Assembly: GCF_009914755.1 (NCBI RefSeq)
Contig: NC_060925.1
Direction: 5' to 3' (one strand)
Length of the DNA: 64,000 nucleotides
Source of the DNA: the human T2T-CHM13v2.0 reference genome, Homo sapiens
Part shown: positions 1 through 12,153 of the stretch, piece by piece
How the letters are laid out: each line of letters begins with the position of its first letter
How positions within the stretch are numbered: position 1 is the stretch's first letter
The notes under the pieces: model-generated
The model's database searches: none
What the model saw: the letters and a program-made list of their open reading frames with translations, nothing else
Told to the model about the DNA's origin: nothing
Position numbers and translations under genes: made by a program

Positions 1-1387
1 ACATATTTGTCCTACTAATGCATTTTCAGTTTCCCATATAGTATACCTTCTTCAAATTACATATTTGTAAATTTTGGAATATATAGATAAGTCTTTTCTA
101 TGTTTAACATATTTTTGATGGTGAGGAGGTAGAGAATGCATGCATTTCCCAAAGCTGCTGAACCACTTCTGACTAATATAAACAAATACAACTTCGAAGT
201 GAGGTAGGAGGCTACTTAGGAGGGTGGAACCCTCTCAGCTCCCCATGCCTCCCCGATCCCTACCCACTGTAGTTGAAGAAACAACTGGCCTTATTTTGTA
301 CCTACAAGCTCTGATCTTATATAATGAGAAGGGGCTTACCTGAAGCATTCTGACTTTTGTCTTTCCTGTGATTAGCCCTACTCTGAAATCTATAACAATT
401 TGTATGTTGTTTCAAAACTGCAAAATAATCCTATCTATAACTATCTAACCTTTTATAAATATTAAACTCAAAACTGGCCTAGAAGTAGAAAAAATAATGA
501 ATTAAAGATTATTTTAAGTTCCAATTCAGAAAGCACATAAAGGTCAACTTATGACCACAAACTAAATGTTAAAAGAACTTAAATTATGTCTTTCTTAGAC
601 CTTACATTTTAAAATGTTAGAAGATCCTTAAGAAAGTGTTACTCATCAGTCTTTTAAATTCCTATATGGTCCAATAAACCACCACTTAGAAAACATGCAG
701 GCACATTCAGAAGCACAATAATATGGGCCATTAATTCTCAACAGTCTATTTCTGATGGAATGGAGTACAAAACTCAATTGGTATTTATGTATGGGGGAAA
801 ACATCCGTAAATTTAGTCGACTCTTTCCTAAACTACTACTCAGCCTCAAAATCTTTTCGGAGGCAAGCTGCTAGCGGGGGAAAAGAAAACTGAAATGAGA
901 AAAACTCATCTCCTTGTGGCTGTCGAAGCAGAAAAGCTAGTTGACAGTAATGGTTTAGAAATGTTGGCAGCTAGGATCTACTACCGTAAACAGGTTGCCT
1001 CGGTTACTATGTCACATTTGAAAGAACTTAGTTAACCATGGCAGACTGGACTGCGGGAAACTACCAAATTATGTGTAACTTCCTATTTTTGTACCTTAAA
1101 AAGACTCCCTTTTAAGAAAAAGCCCTTAACCTCATTATTTCCTTCTATCTGCAGCATTCCTGCTCTCCGCATATCCCTCACCGTGACATCCTCGAGGCTT
1201 ATGAAGATGCCGTCTCCCATTCTGTAACCCTGCTTTAGCCGCTACACGGGCCCCTCTTTCCTCCCCACCATTTTCCTAAACCTGCCTTGCCCCATAAAAA
1301 CCATCCCGGTGAAGGGCCTCCCCTACTTCCCAGCAAGGCGCACTTTCTCTCTTCTGCAGCAGAAAGATCTGGGCCTTCTGCACTTAC

Positions 1388-1622
1388 TGCTTTTAGCCTC
1401 CTCAGGGGCAGAGGCTAGGGACGGGGACAGGGCCGGAGCCTGGGCCAGGGCAGGGGCTGGGGCTGGAGCCGAGGCCGGAGTCGGAGCCGAGTCCAGAGCC
1501 GAATCCGGGGCCGGAGCTGGGACCCCAGCCGAGTCCCGGGCCGGGGTCGGGACCTGGACCTGGGCCACCTCCACCTCCTCCTTCTCCAGGGGCAGCAGCT
1601 CCTCCTCCGCCATATTCTCCAT
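1388..1622 (-). CDS. TRMT1L: TRMT1L (TRMT1-like tRNA methyltransferase) first coding exon; gene continues beyond window start
   Basis: ATG at 1620-1622 (minus, actATGG Kozak). Encodes [33 protein letters not shown]...APEEAKS, recognised as the TRMT1L N-terminus. Ends at donor A|GTAAGT (intron starts 1387); 235 nt, phase 1. Confidence 0.95.
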
Positions 1623-1976
1623 AGTTACCGCCTCCGTGCCAAGCCCGCCCGGGGACCCGGAGCGGGGCTCACGGCGGGGTCAGAGAACTGACGTGAATGC
1701 CCACAGGGCTGGATCCAAGGAGTGGGGAAGCAAGTGGGGAGGGCGGGATGCGTGCAACAGACAAAAGATGAAGAACCAGTGACCAAATCCTGTTAGTAGA
1801 AAACAGAAAGCCAGAGGCAGCGATTCCAGATGCCCGTCCGCTTCCCTTTCCCCGAGGCGTTACGACGCCACCACAAACTGCGCAGAAGCGTACTGGGGAC
1901 GGCGTCCAATTGGGTAAGAGGGTTCGGTTTCTACGGTGCGTCTCCGGCCCACCGGCCAACCACCAAACCGAACAAA

Positions 1977-2002
1977 GACTACAGCACCCAGGATACACTG
2001 CG
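1977..2002 (+). promoter_or_regulatory. ZNF143/THAP11 (SBS, ACTACA-nnn-CCCAG) motif
   Basis: gACTACAgcaCCCAGgatacactgcg resembles the ACTACAnnTCCCAG motif typical of bidirectional promoters. Confidence 0.65.
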
Positions 2003-2045
2003 CAGTCTGGGGGCGGGGCCGGAGTTCAAGCCTCGGAGGAAGTAA

Positions 2046-2053
2046 ATGCAAAT
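2046..2053 (+). promoter_or_regulatory. Octamer motif (POU2F1 site)
   Basis: Exact ATGCAAAT, directly after an ETS-like GGAAGT. Confidence 0.5.
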
Positions 2054-2103
2054 CTAAGCGAGCGCTGTGGGGCGGTGAGTAGGTAGTGCGGATGCGGGCG
2101 CAG

Positions 2104-2124
2104 AACTACGTTTCCCAGCAGGCA
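2104..2124 (+). promoter_or_regulatory. ZNF143/THAP11 (SBS) motif
   Basis: AACTACGTTTCCCAGCAGGCA, close to the consensus ACTACAnnTCCCAGnATGC. Confidence 0.7.
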
Positions 2125-2149
2125 TACAGTTGGTGGGGCGGGGTGTGTG

Positions 2150-2224
2150 TGTGTGTTGGGAGGCGGGGGTCCCTCTCCTTTGGCTTGGGGCTCCGGAGTT
2201 GCCACTGCCGCCGGCGCTGGTAAG
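2150..2224 (+). other. SWT1: SWT1 non-coding exon 1 (5' end approximate)
   Basis: Lies in the CpG island and is followed by tandem donors CTG|GTAAGG (2220) and AAG|GTAGGA (2225). TSS cannot be determined from sequence. Confidence 0.55.
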
Positions 2225-3654
2225 GTAGGAACTGCGGGGTGCGTTGACGTTTTGCTGGGCAGGTTCCCCCTCGTCCCCCGCCCCAAGTATACTGGCGGGC
2301 GGGCGGCCGGCCGGACTGGGGACTCAGGAGTCACACGGACCTGGGCGGGGCGACTCTGTGGGCGGGTCCGGGGACGAGCCAGCTCCGTGGAGGGTGTGGT
2401 TCTGGCCCGGCTTGCCTCCGGGGCTGCCCCTTGCCCGGTGTTGGGGTCTGGTCGGTTCGTGCGGAGCCCGCGGGCCGCGGCGGTTTACTAGCAGCTGACG
2501 AGCTTGCCTGTCCATCCAGCTGACTTGGAATTAGGGTCTGTTCTTCATTTCGCACCCTCACCTACACCGTGACCCGAACACTCTTTTCCTTTGTTTTTAT
2601 TTTTGCTTTAGTCTTCATGTTGCCAGTATCAGCAGTTCTGCGGTGTGGCCAGTGGATAGAAATTAGTTGTTTTGCTCTATTTTGCTTTGTTTTCAGGCTT
2701 TTAATAACCAGAGCTCTGAGTGGGTAGAGCTTCGGGGCATTTAATTTTGATGCGTTTCAGATCCCCAAAACATATGCTAGCGAGTCCCCTGTCCCCCGTA
2801 CTTCTCTCCCCTTCACTCTTAGTGCCTACTTGACATTCGAGCCTTTCTTGTTTCTTTCTTCTGTCCCCCCGCGATAAATCCACTGGGACAGAAAGGAGAA
2901 AAACGTGAACTTTCTGGCTGCCCTGCTTGGGCTTGGTCCGAACCTTCTAGGCATCAGGGCAGGAGAGGGAAGCCCAATTTAGTCTCAAGAACAAGACGCG
3001 CGCTTCCAGTTAGCTTTTCTTAGTTAATTAAGTTGATAAACGCCAATCTTCTTGGTCTATTTGTTTCCTACTTGTTTCAGAACCCCGGGGAAGAGATAGC
3101 ATGATTATTTGGCACTTTGAAGCACTAACTGGAAATTAACTCCTCCCCCTATAGTTAAGAAGTATATATCTGGAGGGGTGTGTGTGTGTGTTTAACCTCT
3201 CCCCAGTTTAATGGGAACAGATTATCCCTGTGGAGCTTCTGTGAGTTATAGTCCTAAATCCCTTTTACTGATCGTCCCGTACAGCTTTTATCTAGTATTC
3301 CTGAATGTGTAGTTGACTCATGGCTCAACAGTCAATTAAAAATGGGATAACACTGACTATAACTTACAGAAATGCTAACTATATCTGTGCATCATCCAAT
3401 AATTCTTGTTCTCATTTCTTTTTTTTTTTTTTACTGTCGTTCATGATGATTTTTTATTTCTAAATGACTAGATGGTTAACTGAAAGCTAGATTCAGTATG
3501 TTAATGTCATTTAACACCAGCTGGAAACCAGATTAAAAGGGTCAGATTTTAGTGTCTGGATTCTGTGGGAATTTTTGTAAGAATTTCTAAGCATGGTCTG
3601 TGCTTGTAAGACATCCTGAAGAAGGAATCGTCAATGTTTGAAGAATTAAATAAT

Positions 3655-4186
3655 GTTATTCATCTATTGCTACTGCATAAGTTATACCAAAACATAGTAG
3701 CTTAAAACAACAGTAAACATTTATTACTCCACAGTTTCTGTGGGTCAGGAACTCAGAAATGACTTTCTGGGTTGATCTGGCTTTGGGTCTCCTGAGGTTG
3801 CAGTGAAGATATGTGCCAGGGCTGCTGTCATGTCACTTGATTAGGGGTGCAGGATCATCAGCTTCAAAGGTAACACACTCACATGCCTGGCTGTTAGTTG
3901 GTTCTGGTTGTTGGCAAGATGCCAGTAGTTCTTCCCTTGCGAGCCTTTCCATGGGCTGTTTGAGTGTCCTCATGACACTCTGACTTTCCCTAGAGTGAGC
4001 AGTCCAAGACAGAACAAGGCAGACGTCATGATATCTTATATGATTTAGCCACATACCACTATGTAGCAGTAATATCTTATTGATTACACAGGTCAGCCTT
4101 ATTCATTGTGGTAGCAGATTACATTAAGTGCATGATTACCAAGCATCAGGAATCATCAGGAGCCATCTTGAAGACTGGCCAGCACA
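3655..4186. mobile_element. MLT1-family (ERVL-MaLR) solo LTR
   Basis: Typical MLT1 text: tagcttaaaacaac...atttatta...cagtttctgtgggtcaggaa...gccatcttg. Confidence 0.7.
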
Positions 4187-4644
4187 TGAAGTCTCCCCTC
4201 ATTTATGTTTTGATTTGCATAAAATCAATAGGAATTTCACACTAGTATGAATATACAACATTTGTCCGAATAAACATAAACATAAGTGTTTTTCTGGGAT
4301 AGTCCACAATACTGTCATCCACTAACAGTATTGACTTGGTCCACAGCAGGGCTGGAAAAGTGAGACGGGGATGGGAGGTGGACAGAGGAACTACAGTGAG
4401 TGAATTGGAAGTGGTTCAGAATGAAAGAGTTAATATTCCAAGGAAGAAGAATTCACTCATTTATTCACTCAGTAGGCATTTATGAGCACCTAAGTTTTTA
4501 ATACGGCACACTCAAGGAGCTCAGTGTCTAGTAGAAAGACAACCATACAAGCAAGTATGTATGTAGACATTACTGTGTACCAACCTATGCAAGATGTATA
4601 TGTACATATATATATGTATTTTAATATTTTTTTATATTTTTTTA

Positions 4645-4929
4645 AATTTTTGAGATGGAGTTTCGCACTTGTCACCCAGGCTGGAGTGCAGTGGCACAAT
4701 CTTACTCACTACAACCTCTGCCTCCCAGGTTCAAGCGATTCACCTCCCTCAGCCTCCTGAGTAGCTGGGATTACAGGCATGCACCACCACACCTGGTTAA
4801 TTTTGTATTTTTAGTAGAGATGAGGTTTCATGATGTTGGCCATGCTGGTCTTGAACTCCTGACCTCAGGTGATCCGCCTGTCTCGGCCTCCCAAAGTATT
4901 GGGATTACAGTGAGCCGTGGTGCCCAGCC
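4645..4929 (-). mobile_element. Alu (S-type)
   Basis: Antisense Alu consensus with T tail. Confidence 0.9.
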
Positions 4930-5336
4930 ACAAGATATATTTTACATCCATTGTTTCAGTACCTCAAAAACCCTGTGGGATGGGTTATCTATTTTACAAG
5001 TAATGACACAAAGACTTAAAAAAAGCATGTGATTTGCCAAAGTCTTGTTCAATGAATGACTGAAGGTATTTTGGGAAAATGAAACTTATGACTAATTGGC
5101 TTTGAAGTGTGGGTGGTGAAGAATATAGCAGTCCTGGAGGCAGTTGAAAATGGTGATCTGATGCTTAAGTGAGAAGTCAGGGATCAAGGCATGGTTTGAG
5201 ACTCATTCCTGGAAAGGTGATAGATGAAGCTGAAGGAGAGGAGTGGGTAATTTTGAAGGAGAATGAAAGTGAAGAAAAGTGGAATAATGAGAGAATCTTG
5301 TCATATTGGGAATGGTTAAAAAGTAGTAATCATAGT

Positions 5337-5661
<325 letters not shown>

Positions 5662-5750
5662 TTATATAACTGAAAGAAGACAAATTTCTATTTTCTTTTT
5701 GAGTGCAAAAACAAATCCTATATTTTTAATGTTTATGTTAGCTTTTCAGG

Positions 5751-5834
5751 ATGTCCAGCAAAGAATCCTGTGGGAAAAAAGAGACATCTCAGAGGAAAGA
5801 CACCACCACCTCATCACCCAATTTTGGTGAAAAA
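5751..5834 (+). CDS. SWT1: SWT1 exon 2 (first coding exon)
   Basis: ATG at 5751 after acceptors ttag|c (5742) or tcag|g (5750). MSSKESCGKKETSQRKDTTTSSPNFGEK; donor AAA|GTAAGA; 84 nt. Confidence 0.93.
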
Positions 5835-6331
5835 GTAAGAATTTTGATTTACTGACCTAGAGATACATTTCAATTTATTTTTGCTTAATGAAAAAAATAC
5901 ACCTTACTATTATAATGATTTATGTAAATATTTTGTTCTGCTCAGCCGATCCAGGAAAAGTCATTTGCTTTTCCGGTTTTTTACTTGCATTGTTTTATTT
6001 ATTCCTCACAACTGTATGAGGTGGGTACTATTATTCCAATTACACAGATGAAGAAACTGAGGCTTAGAGAGTAGTTTTATAGAGGTAAGTAATTTGCTTA
6101 GGTATTCCTGACTTCAATTCTAAGCCCCTTAAATCCCCTCATTCTTAGCGATAACTCAACATTGAACCATTTTCCATGTTTTCTCCTTTTTCAATTTCCT
6201 CAACGTTGGCTAGGATTGCATTCTTATCAGTCAGAATGGCCAGCGCTATGTGGCTGAGGCTAATATTGGGGAAGACATACTTACCATGTCTTTCTCTGTT
6301 CTCTCAGACACTACCTTAAGAAGTGTTTTGG

Positions 6332-6625
6332 GGCTGAGTGTGGTGAATCATACCTATAATCTTGGCACTTTGGGAGGCCGAGGCAGGAGGATCACTTGAC
6401 CCAGGAGTCTAAGACCAGCCTAGGCAACATGGTGAGACCCTGTCTCTACAAAAAAAAAAAGCCAGACGTGATGGTGTGCACCTGTGTTCTCAGCTACTCA
6501 GGAAGCTGAGGTGGGAGGAGAATCACTTGAGCCACGGAGACCAAGGCTGAAGTGAGCTATGTTCATACCACTGCACTCCAGTCTGGCTGACAGAGTGAGA
6601 TCCTGTCTCAAAAAAGAAAAAAAGA
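6332..6625 (+). mobile_element. Alu (J-type)
   Basis: Diverged Alu dimer with A tail. Confidence 0.85.
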
Positions 6626-7756
6626 AGTAGTGTTTTGGTAGATGAAATTTAGGGTATCTCATTAATTGAGCTGGGTATTGTCTCCAGGAAGCAAAACTGC
6701 AAAACAAACAAAAAAACCATGTAATCAGTTTCATTATATACTCTCTGAATAGTATGGGTAGTTGATCATCAGTATTAGAGAGTGTTTATGCTGTGTTACT
6801 GTGCAAGATGAGAGACTAATCTGGCAAAGGTGAATATTCACAAAAAAAGTGATTTCTGTGGTGGCAGGTTAGTTCATAAGACTTTTTCATGACCTGGATG
6901 AAGTTCCAGATAGTGTGCTTTTTGGTGTTTGTTCCTTGCTTACTTACTAACTTTCTGATTACAAATTTGGTCTCGCAGGTATAGCAATATGTGGAAAGGC
7001 AACACTGAAGCATGGCCATACAGTACTCTGTGTAATTTATATACTCAGCATCTCCATTTGTCATTATTAACTGGCATGCTGTTTGCAATTAACCCCTCAT
7101 TCCTTAAACCTACTTAAAACTACTAAACTAAAAAGGTTTAGTCAGACTTTTTCTTTCCGTAACTCCTATAGCAGTGGTTTCTGTGTTGCTAAATCCATTG
7201 GTCATTTCTAAGACCTCATCTGACATGGCATATCAGCAGTATTTGACATAGCTAATTACACCTTCTCCTCGAAACACTTTCACAAAGCTTTTTGTTTTTC
7301 TCTGAGTCTGCTTGCTAGGGAATTCACCTAGCTTTAGAGATACCATATTCTCCTGATTTTCCTCCTTATTGGTGACTGCTTCTCAGTGTCCTTTGCTAGT
7401 TCCTCCTCATCTTATAAAACTGTAATCTTTCAGGTACCCAGGCTTCGTTTTCCCAATTTAATAAATTGTGATTCCATTCTTTGAGTTGCTTAGGCTGAAA
7501 TCCTTGTGATCGTGCTCTACCTGCACCTATCAGCAAATTCTATCAGCTTTCTTTTTATAATGTATAGGCATACCTTGGAGATATTTTGGGTTCAGTTCCA
7601 GACCAGTGTAGTAAAGCAAATAGTGCAGTAAAGTGAGTCACATGAATTTTTTGTTTATCCAGTACATATAAAAATTATGTTTATACTATACGGTAGTCTA
7701 TTAAGTGTACAATGGCATTATGTCTAAAAAAATGTGCATATGTTAATTTAAAAATA

Positions 7757-7885
7757 GGCTCAGGCGGGAGGATCCCTTGAGCCCAGGAGTTTGAGGCTCA
7801 AGGGATCCTCCTGCCTGAGAATCGTGCCACTGCACATCAGCCTGAGCAGCAGAGCAAGACCCCATCTCTAAAAGTAGTAATAATA
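7757..7885 (+). mobile_element. Truncated Alu monomer with internal fold-back
   Basis: Alu right-arm text; TSD-like aatttaaaaata on both sides. Confidence 0.8.
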
Positions 7886-8176
7886 AATTTAAAAAATACT
7901 TCATTGCTAAAAAAATGCTAAAGATCATTTGAGTCTTCAGAGAGTCATAATCTTTGCTGCTGGAGGGACTTGCCGTGATGTTGATGGCTTGCTAACTGAT
8001 CAGAGTGGTAATTACGGAAGGATGGGGTGCTGTGGCAGCGTCTTAAGACAGCAATGAAGTTTGCCACATTGACTCTCCTTTCACAAAAGATTGATCTCTG
8101 TAGCATGCAATTCAGTTTGATAACATTTTACAGCAGAACTTTCAAAATTGGAGTTAGTCTCTCAAACCCTATGTAA

Positions 8177-8602
<426 letters not shown>

Positions 8603-10875
8603 CCCATTAAAGTTTTATTATGAGATGATAGAAATTCAGACACATTTTCAACCTCTACTTCAAATTCTAGTTCTCTTGCAGTTATTTTCTCCACTGAAGT
8701 CTTGAACTGCTCAAAGTCATTCATGAGGTTTGGAATCAACTTTTCCAAACTCCTGTTAATGTTGGTATTTTGACCTACTCCCACAAATCATGAGTGTTCT
8801 AAATGGCATCTAGAATGGGGAATCCTTTCTAGAAGGTTTTCAATTTACTTTGCCTGGATCCATCAGAGGAATCACTGTCTATGGCAGCTATATAGCCTTA
8901 CAATATGTATTTTTTAAATAATCAGGTGTGAAAGTTAAAGTTAGACTCCTTGATCTATGGACTGCAGAATGGATGTTGCATTAGCAAGCGTGAAAACAAC
9001 ATTCATCTCTTTGTACATCTCCATCAGAGCTCTTGGGTGACCAGGTGCATTACCAGTGAGCAGTAATATTTTGAAAGGAATCTTTTTTTTTTTTTTCTGA
9101 ACAGTAGGTCTCAACAGTGAGCTTAAGATATTCAGTAAATCATGCTGTAAACACATGTGCTGTCATCCAGGCTTTGTTGTTTCATTTCTAGAGCACAGGC
9201 AGAGTAGATTTAACATCATTCTTAAGGTACCTAGGATTTTCTGAATGATAAGTAAGTATTGGCTTCAACTGAAAGTCACCAACTGCATTAGCCCCTAACC
9301 AGAGTCAGCCTTTCCTTTGAAGCCAGGCATTGACATCTCTCTAGCTATGAAAGTCCCAGATGGCATCATCTTTCAATATAAGACTGTTTGTCTATGTTGA
9401 AAATCCGTTGTTTAGTGTAGCAACCACCTTCATCAATGATCTCAACTAGGTTTTTTGTATAACTTGCTGTAGCTTCTATGTTAGCATTTGCTGTTTCACC
9501 TTGTACTTTTATGTTACAGAGATGGCTTCATTCCTTAAACCTCATGAACCAACCTCTCTGCTAGCTTCCAAGTTTTCTTCTGAAGCTTCCTCACATCTGT
9601 GAGCCTTCATAGAATTGAAGAGAGTTAGGGCCTAGCTCTGGATTTGGCTTTGGCTAAAGGGAATGTTGTGGCTGGTTTGATTTTCTATCCAAACCACTCA
9701 AAACTTGCCCAATATCAGTAATAGGGCTGTTTTGCTTTCTTATTATTTATGTGTTCGCTGGAGTAGTGCTTTTAATTTCCTTCAATAACTTTTCCTTTGC
9801 CTTCATAACTTGTCTTAATTGTTTGGCACAAGACTAGCTTTCAGCCTGTGTTGGCTTTTGACATACCTTCCTCAGTAAGTGTAATCCTTTCTAGCTTTGA
9901 TTTAAAGTGAGAGACTTATAATTCTTCCTTTCACTTGAACACTTAGAGGTCATTGTTGGGTCATTAGTAGGCTTAATTTCAGTATTCTTTTGTCTCAGGG
10001 AATAGAGAGGCCTGAGGAGAGGGAGAGAGACTGGCGAATGGGTGATTGGTGAAACAGAACACATGCAACATTTATCAGTGAAGTTTGCTGTCTCATATGG
10101 GCAGTCTGTGGCGCCCCAAAGCAACTATAATAATAACATTAAAGATCATTGATCACAGGTCCCATAGCAGTATAACAACAATGAAAACATTTGAAATACT
10201 GTGAGAATTACCAAAGTGTGACACAGAGACATGAAGTGAGCACATACTGTTGGAAAAATGGTGCTAATAGACTTGCCATAAACCTTCAATTTGTAAATAA
10301 TGCAATTATCTATGAAGTACAATAAAGCAAGCCACAATAAAATGATGTATACTGGTGTTCAGAGTCTGACTATCTCCTTTACTGCTATGTCCATGATCCA
10401 AGCACCTTGTTTTCCTAAATTATTGTAATAGTTTCCAAAATAACCTCCCTACTTCTGCATTTGCTTCCTTATAGTCTGTTCTCAACACACTAGCTAATGT
10501 GGTCCTATTAAAATATAAGTACAATCATGTTACTCCTCTGCTAAATACTTTCCAGTGTTTTTCCACTTCATCCAGAATAAAAGCCAAAATCCTTACCAGG
10601 GTTGACAAAGCCACCTCCTCTCCCCATCCCATCCCCCTGACACTCTCCTGACATAATTTGCTTTTCTACTCCATGGCCTCCTTGCTGCTGTCCCAACAAG
10701 CCAGGCATGTTTCTGCCTCTGGGGCTTTGCCCTTGCTGGCATCCCCTTTGAGCTGAAAAAACTCTTTCCCTCAGTATTCTAATGGTTTGTTTCTTCACTT
10801 TATTTAGGTCTCCATTCAGATGTCAGCTCGTACCTGGGGTCTGACTACTCTGTTTAAAATGGCGAGTCTTCCCCT

Positions 10876-10951
10876 CTGACTCCCAGCCTTTTCTGTTTCC
10901 TTTCTCTGCTTTACTGACTCCCAGCCCTTCCTGTTTCCTTTCTCTGCTTTA
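10876..10951 (+). repeat. 38-bp tandem duplication
   Basis: ctgactcccagccttttctgtttcctttctctgcttta x2 (2 mismatches). Confidence 0.9.
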
Positions 10952-11480
10952 TTTTTTTCCACAGCATCGTCTGACACACTAAATATATTACTTGTTTATT
11001 TGTAAATTCCTGTACTAGATTTTGACCTTCATGAAGAACTGTTATTATTTTTTCATTCCTCTCTCTCCACTGTCTAGAATGTCTTTGGTACATGGTAGGT
11101 ACTTCAAACAAGTTTGTCCTAGGTCTGTTGAATTCAGAATCCAGTGAAAAATAAGTGGATGTGTGGTTTTGCATTGTAGAAGACTGACTCTCACCATGGC
11201 AGTGCCACCTCACAACAACCTTATCTGAGCTGTCAGCTGGCTTCCTGCTCTGATACCTATATCCCACCTCATCTCTATTTTGTGAGCATTTAGGGGTTCT
11301 GGCTTCTAGTTGAATCTCCCTTCCTTTTACCAAAGTTTGTGTATCTGTAAACATTGTTCCCCACCGAAGTTCATTATTGAATGTAAATGTTGATTTGTAA
11401 TACTAGTGATGAAATAGTTCTGTTTATACTATGCTTTATTTTGTGCTTTTTAAAATTCATTTTCTTTATTGCATTCTTAG

Positions 11481-11561
11481 GACAAGAAAGAGAGAAAAAC
11501 CCCAGCAAGTTCTACTAGTTCATCTTCTATAAGATCAGTTTCATCAGAAAAGAGAAAACTG
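11481..11561 (+). CDS. SWT1: SWT1 exon 3
   Basis: ttcttag|GAC...CTG|gtgagt; DKKERKTPASSTSSSSIRSVSSEKRKL; 81 nt, phase 0-0. Confidence 0.93.
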
Positions 11562-11825
11562 GTGAGTGTCTAGATATAACTAACTAAAAGTTATTTATGC
11601 TAAAGTTTTAATCGACAGTGTTTGTGATATAAATTCCTCCTATACTTTTTGATAGCCAATAGAAAGTCAGTGTTGTTTTCTTTCTTCTACTCACCAAACC
11701 ATTTATCAAGTTTTATTATTTCTTGTACTGTTAGGCCCTACCATGTGGGATTAGACAACTGTCATGGCTATAAATTTAGACAGTTCTTAAGTCCTCTCAC
11801 ATATATATGGTTTTATATATATATA

Positions 11826-12153
<328 letters not shown>

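Larger units (their letters stand above)
1400..2520. promoter_or_regulatory. CpG island / bidirectional promoter of TRMT1L and SWT1
   Basis: Dense CpG and high GC against AT-rich flanks. GC boxes (~2009-2019, ~2135-2143), CCAATTGG at 1906-1913, head-to-head gene arrangement. Confidence 0.9.

Noticed and set aside
1323-1387. C-terminal part of ORF 1323-1622 (SKCRRPRSF...)
   Set aside because: Read-through past the consensus GTAAGT donor into the intron.
1309-1782. 157-aa plus-strand ORF (GAGAEAG-rich)
   Set aside because: Antisense shadow of the GC-rich Pro/Ala repeat in TRMT1L exon 1; GTG start and no independent evidence.
1669-2561. Several overlapping 60-115 aa ORFs in the CpG island
   Set aside because: Expected from stop-codon scarcity in GC-rich DNA; mostly non-ATG starts, no recognisable domains.
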